Positions 15,106 through 26,990 of a stretch of DNA of 64,000 bases are shown in pieces; positions within the stretch are counted from its first letter, which is position 1, and every line of letters begins with the position of its first letter. The notes under the pieces are model-generated. The model saw only the letters and a list, made by a program, of their open reading frames with translations, was not told the origin of the DNA and did no database searches. Source of the stretch: Bigelowiella natans CCMP2755 (taxonomy: Eukaryota; Protista; Cercozoa); contig ADNK01003061.1 in assembly GCA_000320545.1 (NCBI GenBank), positions 1 through 64,000 on the forward strand, given 5' to 3'. Made by a program: the position numbers and the translations under genes.

Positions 15106-15697
15106 TGTGCCCTGCTCTTTCGCTTATTGCTCTCTCCGTGGCTAGATTGGTGTATGCGCTGCTGCTCTCAAATCATTGGAGGTGTACTTAATGGGGAGGG
15201 GTATAACCCAGCAGGTGCGTGTTTATGTCTCTTGCGGCAACTGTGTGGGTTGTAATTTTAGACAATATTTAATAGGAATATTTTTCTAGTTTTGTTCAGA
15301 AACTAAATTCTTTGCGGAATTTTAATGTGTCGATTGGGACGAAATTAATAATAATATGATCAGAAGTTCTTCGCACATATTCCTGCCACCGTGGACGACC
15401 TGCGGCCGATGGATTCTTCTTCGGGCTTAAGGTATGCATGCATGTGAGAATGGCGCCTTCGTCACTAAATGAGAAACGATGCCTCCCCACCGTGCGATAA
15501 AATAGCGCGTTCAAATAACAAAGATTAGATCCTATTCAAACAAGAATAGTTATTTATACTGTCTGATATCACTCTCCCGTCGTCATTGTAGTTCTCCTAG
15601 CCGGGTATGATGCTGCTTCAAGATTGCTCGTGAAGCGGAGGAGCGAGAATGGGCATCCGCAACGATGATAACGATCAGCCACTCGCCTGGCGATCGC

Positions 15698-15929
15698 ATG
15701 TCCTTTGCTAGCAGGCGCTCTTTGTTGACTCTGCTTCTCCTCCTCTCAACGTGAGTTCAAGTAGTATGTGCCATTAGCGCCGTGTAGCCAGCCATCTCAC
15801 AGTGTTTTGCTTTCATCTGCAGGGTACAGCTTTCAGAATCTGCTCCTCAAGTTTCACGAGGGCCAGATGAATCCTCATCAAAGGTAGTCATGGAAGGCAC
15901 AAAAATCGCAAGACCGCTTCCACACCATG

Positions 15930-15962
<33 letters not shown>

Positions 15963-16738
15963 TGTGAATATTGATACACAAACATTTTCGCCTTCTATAA
16001 ATTGCTGTAATATATAGTTAGTTGCAGCTAAGCTGATAAGATCCATGCTCAAGTCTTCCTACACCTTCTTGCCCAAAACGGGAAGCAATTCTACCAGCCG
16101 TGGTCAGTCATATTGCTCAAACTCTTCTCCTGCTTCATCACTCTCCATGGAAAAACGCCAACGATAGAGAACGCCTTCCCGAAATGAATATGTTCAGATC
16201 GCCAGCCTTTATTCCGCGACTATGCTATCGTTCGGTTTCGAAAGAAGGATAAGAAGCTGGGGCTCAGGTCGGCATGTCATCATAGCATAAAACCATGTTC
16301 CATGCGAGACTAACCGACTTTTCCGACGCATCACCAACGACGTTTATTTCACCAATCAATCACCTTAATGTATCACCACTGCTGCTATAGATGGAGAACG
16401 AGGAAAGACGTGCTCTCAGGAAAAGGGAAGACAATATGCGGCAATGAAAAGTGCTTTGCCGTTGAGGGGGGGTGTGAGAAGGGGCGAATCACACAGCTTC
16501 GCAACTTCGAGGTAGGCAGTGATGACGTTGATCTCATATTCTGTGAAAGTCAATGAATTCTCTATCGCTCAGGTGAAATTCGGTTATGTCGAGCAAGAGC
16601 AGCTAAAGTGTGCTCTTGTAAAGGTGGGACAATGCGATATCACAGCCGCGTTCTGACCCCATAATTCGTTTGCTCTATAAGGTCAAGCTGTGCAGGCATT
16701 GCACGAAAAAGTTACGACATGGTTCTTATGGGACATAG
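15698..16738 (+). CDS. FRA10AC1: FRA10AC1-like protein; multi-exon
   Basis: Spliced translation LFRDYAIVRFRKKDKKLGLR|WRTRKDVLSGKGKTICGNEKC...LRNFE|VKFGYVEQEQLKCALVK|VKLCRHCTKKL...TAG (16736-16738) matches the FRA10AC1 core. Start codon uncertain. Confidence 0.85.
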
Positions 16739-17781
16739 AAAACATTCGCGCGTACACGATGCGAATAGCAGTAGCCGACAAGCGTGGTTCTCGATTTCTT
16801 GGAAGCATGAATCTAAAAGCAATGATTTGAATAGTTCGTGTGCCTTCTCAATGGTATTCGTCGTTGCTGATTTCTTGCTTCTTGCACGATGGGCGGTGTT
16901 TAAGCCCTGAAAGGTCAAAGTAGTCTTGTATTGATTCTTGATGATTGGCACTGGTTACGTGCTGCTATAAGATGTACGCAGCAAGCATGCATGGATGGCA
17001 GTCAAGCGTAAATACATTGTTATTAACTGTTGTCACGAAATTTCTATATGCACGACACAAGTAGATAAGGAGTGTAAACTGTCTCTATGATCCATCGGCG
17101 TTCCATCTTGCTGCGTGACTAGCAGATAGTGAGATGGATGTGATGGATAAATTAAATCTGTTCGATCAAGCTGTCTAGCTAGCATGCTGTGCAGGCTAGC
17201 AGGGCTACGGCTGCAACGCTTTTGTCGAATCTATTTGTGGTTGGCTACACTTGCACATGCACTTGAAAATCACGTGCAACGTACCTTCTAGCTAATTATA
17301 TGTCCTATTGCTGTGTCTATTATGCTAGTTTGAGTTAGAGAACGTGTAGGCATAGTATATGGGCAAATCTAGAAACCTGTGCGCTACACGCAACGCTCAC
17401 ATTAATTGGTGACAAACGTTTACAATGATCTCAGTGAAGCGCGCGCGCGCGCTGAAATGAAAGAATGTGAAGCTAAAATTGGCGCTGTGCAAGCAATAAG
17501 TTAGCATGAAAGCAGCGATGACGCATGCGCTTGCACTCATCATATATTGTTTTATTAATTTTTGATAAAACTGGTAGAAATGCCAAGATGAATGAAGGGT
17601 GCATATACAATGTATATCGCTGCAGAAAGTACAACACTGCATTATTCATTGCTCGAACAAAGCACCTGTCTTGTAACAGCTGTTACTACCGATTGGACAA
17701 TTCGCTAAGGCAACGTTCAGAAATGCTTTACCGGTGGCAAAGGTCTTATTCACATCTCGATTTCGCTGCAATCCACCATTC

Positions 17782-17985
17782 TTACGCGTTCTGCTGCTGA
17801 TCTAAGATGACGTGCCGCTTATAGGAACGGTACTCTCCCCAAGCCGACACTAGCAGGTCCGTGTGGATCGTGTGCTTATTGAAGACTGACAAGATGCAGA
17901 AAAGGAGGAGGCAATGAATGGCTGCGAGATGAGCGTCTAGAAGGGCGAGGGGTTGTTGATATTACTATCAGGATACTGCCGACTA

Positions 17986-18023
<38 letters not shown>

Positions 18024-19572
18024 GCTAGTACTACCTGGAGGGGAGGACAGCACCTCCCAGAGAGCAGCCAGAGAAATCTACAACGAATCATAATTGTCGG
18101 CTCAACTTCACCAAGCGTCACCACAACTCCCCCCCCCCACTCACTCCCCATATACGAAGTAGATGACAGAAATCGTTTAGCTGCAGCTCCGATGCCACTA
18201 TTGTGTTCTATGAATCACGCCGTGCTTTCAAAATCATGCATGCTTGTGTCATCTGCTTCGGGCAATCGTTTAACACACGTTGTCTCTTCCGATCGCCTCC
18301 ATAGCCCGTACCGCAGGGTCACGCCTTTAGTTTATGGCGATGGCAGGTTTTGAATGATATATGCTTTTATCTTTTTAAAACGGAAACTTTAGAACGTGTG
18401 TGTTTGGGTGGAATATGTACATGTCGCATAGATAAATTATTTAGATATTTTGGGCATTTGCCGACCAAAAACTGATAATTTCGTTCGAAATGGATTTTGT
18501 GTGATGAAACATATACATCCGTAATTTATATATACATGTCTTGCTTGTTTGTTATTTATGTACGTACAAATGGAGTAAATAGTATGTGTATGCGTGTGTG
18601 TGCGCGCGTGTGTTTGTGTGTGTGTGTGTGTGTGTGTATGAATTAACTCATTTAACGATAAACATAATATCCGTTGAAATCACAAAATAGGTATAGACAC
18701 TTGAACCTATCATCCGTAGCGGGGGGCGGCGAATCATGATCATAATTCGTTTCCACTCGAAACCACGACTGAGAAGTAGGAGCTGTTTGATAGAAAATTG
18801 CTGGGATGAGGTACCGAAGACTACCACACCATTCAATTCTACATTCCAGTGCCAATTACGACAATTATTGCACGCGCAAACCAACGCTGAGAACATCACA
18901 TCGCAGGCAAAACGACCCGCCCTCCAGCATGCTTCCTACTCGTACCACCTGCACTTGCACTGCCTGCATTGAAGGGGGGGGGGGAGCTCGGTAGCGACCA
19001 AATGTTTGTTCCCTCTGAAGAGGCATTTCCTGTCTCGAGCAAGGAATGAGTACTATGTGTACCGTAAACTAACTAGATTGCTCCAAGAACGCTGCTGATG
19101 ATTTTCAGTGCTGAATCATCGCTTTGCTCGCAAATATCGCATCGTATCTCACCGCATATGTCTCTTGCCTCACTCTAAATATTTCGGCCAACCCCCCTTT
19201 CCCAATCGAAGCTCAGCCGATCCAAAGTATGCTATAACCGACTTGTGATAACAGCTCCTTCGCCGGGGTAAATGCCTGAGAGGATGATATATCCTGTGGA
19301 TATCATTGGAATCGTAGAGAACTTTGACAGCGCATCAGTGTAGCTTGTACTGCTATTGAGCACCTGAGAAAACAGTTGGCGGAGTTACATGAATCGAGAG
19401 CTCATTGTTTGCTGATAGTGAAGGAACGATTAAGCGACGCTATAGCGTGGCGCGGATGGAAACTGTTGCACGCATTCAAACCCACAGAAGTTAAAATGTA
19501 TAACCGAATACATCATAGAAAATATCGGACCAACAATCAGTGTATCTAGGCCCGCTGAAAGAGAAATACGCA

Positions 19573-19613
<41 letters not shown>

Positions 19614-21502
19614 CAAGCCTGCTACTCACATGCCGAGTGATGAATGGGAAGACCTTCTCGAGGAAAAGGAATGCGAAGATAACACAAAGGAGAAAAAGGA
19701 GAAGAAAACGTCAGAACCGACCCGCAAGCATGCATCAATCACTATTACAAGATGATAAGGGACTTTCACAGAGAGTCGGTATATATGACTTTGAGAGGGG
19801 GGGGGGGGGGGATATCAATATGCGCGATGGCCATACGATATCTTCAAGCACTCACGCTGAACAGTAACACAGCTTTAAGTTAGTGCTATAAGCTCTCTTT
19901 TTTTCTCCCAGATCAGAATCGTCACCCCAGCCATTTTTTAATGTTGTGTTTTCATCATTCTTCTCTTCCCCACCGAAGCTCCTGCAGCGGCAGCCGCAAC
20001 GAATTGCGTGATATTCCCCTTATCTGCTCTGGCATCGATTGAGACTCCGAAGCCGTTCACCGCCATTCCTTGTATCATCAGCACGCCAACGAGGAGAGGA
20101 GGAAGGGGGGGGGGGAAGGGGGGAAGAAGGGCTTGAGAAGAATAGGGCAATGCGATATTGGACAGGGAAATTAAGCGTGCGCGTACAAAGGGCTTATTAT
20201 TACCGGTCATTATACCAACGGTCCCAGCAAAAGTCGTACCTACGTGAGTATGATTCATTCAATGTTAACTCACATGGAGAATCTACTCGTCAGATTTATC
20301 GCCGTCAATTATCAAGGAACTCATGATATCCGTCTCCGTCGCCCCCACCCATCCCCTCCTCCAGTAAGCACCGGTGAAGACAAGCTCGCCTTTATTCCTT
20401 ACAAATCGCACGCGGACCATGAGGGGAGCGAACAAGCGCGGATAATCCTGGAAAAAGCAGAGCGCAACAAGAAGGACAAGTGCAGGTAATGAACGACGAT
20501 AAGACGATTAGACATGTTATTTATATGTATATGTGTACATGTGTGTGTGTGTGTGTGGCCACTACTATACTTCTCTTCTTTTCAACAGCTAGAATTCTCG
20601 TACGATATGTTCATCTTACGACGTACTCTCCGAAAACAAAACGAAACGGCGCTTTCAATGGAATTCCAACGATTGGCCGGTATGATCTTGGATATTGACT
20701 CTCACCTGATTTCTAGCATGGTAGATGGTACCGTTTCTGTGCTGAGCAACTATAGAGGTACATGCCCGCTCCGAAAAGCTTAGGATGTTGGAGAAGCGAG
20801 AGAGCTCGTAAAATATGTTTCCCACGAGTACTTTCTTATACGATACGTCTGTAATATGTAAAATTTATATAAACACCCGGCGCACACGCGATTGTGTGTG
20901 CGTGTGTGCGTGTGTGCGTGTGTGCGTGGCTTTTGTGAGTTAATATCCTACCAACAACGCTTGCTATTCCCTTCATTTCGTATACAAGCTCAGATGGCAG
21001 ACGAATGGCTTCGCTGATTTGCTTCACTACAGTCGGATTTTCTAATATCACACAGCATATTCTTGTCCCTACCCAATGACATAATATCGAAGCAAGAATC
21101 GAGCGAATCATACACAAATGGTATTACCTGTCTCGAATATCAGGTCGCACGCATCGAGCATGGCTCTGATATAGCTATTTCAATAGGGGGGAAGGCTTGT
21201 AAGAGAAGGTTATTTTCTATAGGATTCCAAAATAAAAAGCGCTGCATTGCTACTACGCACTTCTTGTGATCTTGTGCAACTTCTCGCCATCTCTCCTCGG
21301 GCGCAGCATCCAAATCGATCGTGTACATCTGCCCAGATGGAAGGGGAGGACGAGGGCGCATGAGCAAAGAATCGGAGAAACGGTAGTAAAAGAGAACCTT
21401 TAGCTGCTTCTTGCCCTTCATATTCGCCCCCACCCCCTGAGCCGCCAAGGTCAGGAGGAGGAGAACGATAGCCACAAGCGATGATACTCTCATCGGGCTC
21501 AT
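17782..21502 (-). CDS. Acid ceramidase / N-acylethanolamine acid amidase-like Ntn hydrolase with signal peptide; multi-exon
   Basis: Hydrophobic leader MSPMRVSSLVAIVLLLLTLAAQG, then YTIDLDAAPEERWREVA, LVYEMKGIA, TTFAGTVGIMTG, FGVSIDAR, VLNSSTSYTDALSKF...GYIILSGIYPGEGAVITSR and WFRVETNYDHDSPPPATDDR. The 3' end is approximate. Confidence 0.85.
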
Positions 21503-21683
21503 TGCTGCACAAATGAAAGGGGAAAGAACGATCCTGACCTGCGACAACAACCTAAGCTCCATTGCTGCACAAAAATGACGTAGGAAAGACCGATCCTGAC
21601 CTGCGACAACAACCTAAGCTCCATTGCTGCACAAAAATGACGTAGGAAAGACCGATCCTGACCTGCGACAACAACCTAAGCTC
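21500..21683. repeat. Three tandem copies of a 60-62 bp unit overlapping the ceramidase start codon
   Basis: Unit cattgctgcacaaaaatgacgtaggaaagaccgatcctgacctgcgacaacaacctaagctc starts at 21560 and 21622, with a diverged copy at 21500. Confidence 0.95.
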
Positions 21684-21811
21684 TCCATTTACTCTACATA
21701 CAGGTACGAGTTCGAGTAGAATTTAACCAGATTCGATCTAATAATAGCCTACAGGTCAAACTAATAAGGTGTGTCATCGGCTCCAAATCATCCGAAAGTT
21801 GGCCTTTACAC

Positions 21812-22963
21812 ATGGACAGTGACCCATCCCCCACAGTGGCTCGAACATTGCCATCGCTACGGGGAATTTCGATGAGAATATCATCCATTCCCAATGACAG
21901 ATGTATAGAATTAAAAGAACGCCACGCTCGAGGAGTTTCGTGGTTTCTCCGATTTGTTATCTTCTTCGCTGGCGCGTTGGTCGCTTGTGTGTTATCACCT
22001 CTGATGACTTCTAGCTGCCTTCGCCAGAATGGGAGCAGACAAGTGGAGGCAATTGACCAATCGAACGAGCATCTAGTCATTCCTAGCAAAGCGATATCTT
22101 TAAAGCGAGCTTGTCATAGAACGATAACTCGGCGAGGGAGGGGGGGGAGCGGACTGCTACGAAAATCAGAGGAGAGTCGGAAAGGCGGGTTTTCATTTGG
22201 GAGGATGATTGTAGGAGGTCATCTCAATAGATGTCGAGGTGGTACAACTATTCCTGCCAACGATCTAGCTGTGAATGCGCGGGGAGATAATAGCGCCTCT
22301 CCCAAGTCAGACTCCACATTTTATGATGAGGGCATTCTCGATCGCATCAAGGTCGTCTTATATTCCAAGCATGGAGAAGATTGGACTATACCACTCCAAG
22401 ACTACATGCAAGCCGCACAGGAGAAGTACGATAGCTTCGAATTCAAAACAGTGTACGTCGATAACACCGAGGAAGAGTCCAGTGGGGCTGCTGCTGCTGC
22501 TGCATCTCTTCCTTCCAATCTTACAGGAACACCGACAATTGTTATTTCAAGCAGCTCCAAAGTGAGGCACTGGTTCGAGGGATGGCAACCTTCTAAAATA
22601 ACCAACGTGCTGGAGGCACTTCATATATCGATGCAGAATCAAGTTTCCGAGCTCCGCCGCCTCCAGGAACTAGTTCGCTCCCATGATGTGATGCTCTTCA
22701 TGAAAGGCGATAAGATTCGACCAAGATGCCGTTTCAGCAGCGCGACTGTGACGATTTTGAATGAAAGTAACATTAACTACACGACGTTTGATATTCTAGG
22801 GGACGAACGCGTCCGATCGGGATTGAAGAAGCTGTCTGCCTGGCCAACGTACCCACAATTATACGTAAAAGGGACGCTTCTTGGGGGCTACGACGTTCTG
22901 AAAGAGCTGTATGAGTCAAGGCAACTACATGCTGAAATAGAGAACGCACTGCAGAGTAGATAA
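21812..22963 (+). CDS. Monothiol (PICOT/GRX3-like) glutaredoxin with N-terminal hydrophobic and Arg-rich extension; intronless
   Basis: 383-aa ORF whose C-terminus reads VMLFMKG...PRCRFS...FDILGDERVRSGLKKLSAWPTYPQLYVKGTLLGGYD. Confidence 0.9.
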   Translation: MDSDPSPTVARTLPSLRGISMRISSIPNDRCIELKERHARGVSWFLRFVIFFAGALVACVLSPLMTSSCLRQNGSRQVEAIDQSNEHLVIPSKAISLKRACHRTITRRGRGGSGLLRKSEESRKGGFSFGRMIVGGHLNRCRGGTTIPANDLAVNARGDNSASPKSDSTFYDEGILDRIKVVLYSKHGEDWTIPLQDYMQAAQEKYDSFEFKTVYVDNTEEESSGAAAAAASLPSNLTGTPTIVISSSSKVRHWFEGWQPSKITNVLEALHISMQNQVSELRRLQELVRSHDVMLFMKGDKIRPRCRFSSATVTILNESNINYTTFDILGDERVRSGLKKLSAWPTYPQLYVKGTLLGGYDVLKELYESRQLHAEIENALQSR

Positions 22964-23576
22964 CAACGAATCTGCGAAACTCTTAGACCATCATATGAAT
23001 AAAACGATAGCATGTGTATATGTGTGTGCACGCGTGCGCGCATGTGCTGTCATGTGTGTGTGCAACGATGTCATTTATGCACGAAAAAACAGTACGTACA
23101 GTATTTGTAGTGCTTGTGCATGGTACACATAGCCTTACGCGCGCGCATGTGTACGATCAATGACTAAATTGCGCATGTCTCTAGCTAGTCTCTAGTGCTG
23201 CAGCCAGCTAGATAGCTAGTAGCACTGCATGCTAAGCATGTTAGCTGCTAGTAGGGGCCGTCACGCGATGTACTACAGACTACACTAGTACATGTATGCA
23301 GCATGCAGGCACATGTGCCCACTGCTGTGCCTATGCGTGCACGCGATCTTCGCAGCACGCTAGCACGATATCGTGTGGTGTGCGTGGCGTGTATGGCGTG
23401 CATGCACACGTGCGTGGCAGGTGGATTTACAGACCATGTACAAATCTAGTAGACGTACATGCGCATGCTAGCATCTAGGCACATCGGTAGCGCATCTCGC
23501 CATCCTAGCATCTCAAAGCGGCGGGTACAGTCTACACTGTGCACACCAGCACAGGACACGCCATGACAGACACTAG

Positions 23577-23694
23577 GACATGCAACATGACATGCATGTA
23601 ACATGTGTGCCACATTGCTGTGTCCATTGTGAGTGTGGCAGACATGCAACATGACATGCATGCAACACATGCACCACATTGCTGTGTCTATCAT
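23577..23694. repeat. Tandem duplication of ~54 bp (period 64) inside a TpA-depleted region
   Basis: 23577-23630 aligns to 23641-23694 with five dinucleotide differences, all TA/TG/CA interchanges. Confidence 0.9.
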
Positions 23695-23951
23695 CGCTCA
23701 CTCTGCTGGCAACCATGTTCCATGTCAGACTCCAGCCATGATCATGGGGACGCTCACAAGTCCATGCACGTGTGCGCACGCATGCAAACACATGTTCGCA
23801 CACCTAGACACTTCACATGCACCATGAGCAAGCACATCGCATGCACTCTTTTCATGTCCACACATGCTAGCATGCCAGCATGTATACATGCTAGCATGCA
23901 TCAAACAAGTCACGACACATGGCATGTGCTGACAATTGTCATGTGTTGTTC

Positions 23952-24491
23952 GCAAGCGGCCGCATCTTGTTGCGCTAAAATTCGACTTTTTTTCTCAAAA
24001 TTCAAATTTTCTTGCTCAAATGCCTTGCAACATGTGTCAGGGTCGTGCATCTGCACTTTTTTTGAAAAAAAACTCACACACGTTCATTTCACAGGTCATT
24101 GAAGGTCGAAAAATGAGGAAAATCGTCCATTTTCTGCAAAAGTTTGACATGAAAACACAACATGATGCGCACCGATTCACATGCAGCGAACGCACAGATG
24201 TGTGCATCGCATGTTCAAGAGATTCCCATTCAAATTCTGGGTTCAATGGCCCATTTTTTGACCCTTGCCGAGAAAGAATGCACATTTTCGTCCGTCAGAC
24301 AACCAATCCCTGGTGTCCCGGGGTGCATTTCAAGCAAAATCGTCTGGAAAAATTGCCACATTGATTTTTCAATGGGAAACACTTGAAGCCATCAGGAATC
24401 GAACCGTGAAGGTCCGGTGGCTCAATTTGCAAAATTGAACAAACTAGCAACAGTCTTGTGGTTTTGAGCGCAACAAGATGCGGCCGCTTGC
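23952..24491. mobile_element. Non-autonomous TIR element (MITE-like, ~540 bp)
   Basis: gcaagcggccgcatcttgttgcgct at 23952 and its exact reverse complement ending at 24491; no coding capacity. Confidence 0.75.
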
Positions 24492-24844
24492 ATTGCCGTG
24501 CATGGTGCATGGGACCACAATGGACTCGTGATCCATGTGTCAGATGCCAACGTGCACATGTCCCGTGTCACTAGTGTCCATTGTGACTCAGCATGAGTCC
24601 ACACACATCATCATGGCACTCCGCATGCACAATGCTGCTGCTGATCTGGTGGTCCATTGCAGTGACATGTAGACAGCTGGACAGCTGGTGCACAGCTTTC
24701 TGGCTTTGCATCATTTGTGCCGCCCGCAAATGAGCTACGCATCCGCCGTGTGCTGAGGTGCAGGCGCTGTCTGCCATGCTGTGACGATGTTGTGCATGCA
24801 TCTGTGATTGTGTGCCTCTGTTCGCGCGCCTCGCATGTTTGAGC

Positions 24845-25716
24845 TCACGTGCAATCAATTGAGCGCATGCACATGATGAGACTGTTCGCGCCTCGCAGTT
24901 TGATTCTGTTGGTTGTGCGCATGCACGCAGTGATGATGGAGAATGCGAGGTCGCGCTGCTTCTTGGTTGACTTTCCTTGGGCGACTGCGAGAGCTTGGTC
25001 CTCAGGAGTCTGACTCAAGAGGTGAGTTCTGGCTTCTTTGGAGTCAAGAACGGAGAGCATTTCCTGTTCGCCTTGTGACTTGGTGACCATCATCTTCACA
25101 GAATCGAGGACGTTGAACTCTTTCATGATTTCTTGCAGCTCTCTCAAGAATGGCAGCTGGGTGGCATCATCGAAGGAGGGAGGCTTGGTTTTCATGGCTT
25201 TCACCCTGGCGATTGCGCTCGCAAATTCTTTGAAGCTTGCGGAGGCTTCGTCGTCCTTGGATTCCACGGCAGTTCCGTTGGGGGCGGGAGGCATTGGCAC
25301 GAGAGCTGGAGGAGCGGGTCATTGTCTGGAAGCAAAGTTGGCTCACAACCTGTCAGAAGTGCAAGCAGCAAAGAGGGCGATGCGGCGGCGGCTAGCTAGG
25401 TGGCGGACAGCAAAGGAGGCAGATGCAAGACGGCTGGTGGGCGATGACGGTCTCAATTCTGTGTTCAAGGAGAACGCAGCTGCACGCGCATGCAGCACAG
25501 TTTTGCTTGTGCTGCCAGAGGAAGCAAACTGGTAGCCACGTGCTGCAACACAACACATTGCACGATGTTGTGCTGCCACGTCGCACTGGCATGTTTGCCA
25601 TGTGCTTCTGCTTGTCGCTGCTTCTGAACGCAGCCGCTTGTCGCCCTTCGGCGAACGCCCGCTGACTGCATGTCGCAGCTTTGCACTTTGGGCATTGAAT
25701 GCTGAGCATTCCAACA
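24845..25716 (-). mobile_element. Truncated Ty1/Copia element: 5' LTR (25351-25716), primer-binding site (PBS) and start of gag
   Basis: LTR-like block bounded on the + strand by tgtcagaa...ttccaaca (restorable to TGTTAGAA...TTCTAACA). On the - strand it is followed directly by ggttgtgagcc, the Copia half-tRNA-iMet PBS GGTTATGAGCC with TA->TG. Then comes a Tyr-free gag-like ORF, 25300-24845 (KPPSFDDA). Confidence 0.75.
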
Positions 25717-26520
25717 TGCGCACATGCACAGCATGCAAGCACTACTAGCTCAGCAAGCTGCCATGCCATGCATGGCATGTTGGACATTCGATCTAGTTCC
25801 AGCATCCATGCAGCTAGCATTGCTCATTGTTTGTCGCGCACTGCCCCACTAGCTAGGCTAGTAGGTGCTGGCACATCGTAGCGTCGGCCTTCGATCGGGC
25901 GTGGCTCACTGTGGATTACGACAAAGGTTTTCATTGCCTGATCACGTTCATCGTGGCTATGTGCTAGCTAGCTACGCATGTATGGCTTGTTGAGATTACG
26001 CACATTGTAGCATAGCGATCAAAGTTCTGTTCCTACCATCAAATACAAGCCAAGGCACAGAATTTATGCCAGCGCCGCTACATGTGACAATATGAATTGT
26101 GTAGATATAGTTATGGCTTCGTTTTATTGTTAGAAAATTGTAATATAGCATGACATCATTTGTATGGTAATATCTGAAGAATATACGCACGTAGTGACGC
26201 CTCGCTGGAAGAGAGATTACCAACCGCTATTGTCCCGATGACACAGCAATAAGGTCGTTGATCTCATCGTGATTGTACATATGCTACAGTGCCAACTCAT
26301 TGAGTCACTTCATTGTTGCTTGTTGTTCATACATGCAAACTCATCGTCCCCGCACCATCACCTATTTACTACGTTACCTCGATTTCTAGGGAACAGAGGC
26401 AGGGTTGTAGTGATTTCGATGGGTTGTAGAAAACAAGGCAGTTCTCATGATGTGTCTCCTTAGAGTCTAGTTATAGGCTAATGAGCAGGACTCCTATAAT
26501 TCTAGTTTTATAAATTGTTG

Positions 26521-26562
<42 letters not shown>

Positions 26563-26990
26563 GGTGCTGAGTGTTATTGTAAAGGACTAAGGAAGGGAAA
26601 GTGCGCGCTGAGAAAGGTCACGGAGAGAGAGAAGAAATGTGCGGCGAAGACGAGTCAGCCTTTTCCCACATAATTCTTAATTAATTCTCTGTCGTGGTAA
26701 GAGCGGCAGCTGTTCTTTATCATTGTGTGGCCATTTACATTGCGATTTTAACTCAAAGAGAAACCAAACGTGCAAATAAATAAAAATAAGATAAGGCTGC
26801 TAGCAGCGGTCAGATTGATTTCCATCGACTACCTGGGCCTTATCATTATTTATTATTCATGTTTAGCTTCTCGTGAGCATGTTTCTCTACAAGGCTTTTA
26901 AGAAATTACGAGGGAGCGGTAGCAGATGGCTCGAAGGCAGTTGCTTCTCATTCCCTGCGTAGGGGGGTGCGGGTGAGCATTGTCCAAGCT

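Noticed and set aside
21500-21683. CRISPR-like array
   Set aside because: Head-to-tail repeats without unique spacers; eukaryotic context; no cas genes.
23296-25881. Many Cys/His-rich ORFs resembling metal-binding proteins (also at 42.7-43.9, 50.1-51.1 and 57.1-58.4 kb)
   Set aside because: By-products of TA loss removing stops and enriching TGY/CAY/ATG codons in non-coding repeats; only the gag fragment is supported.
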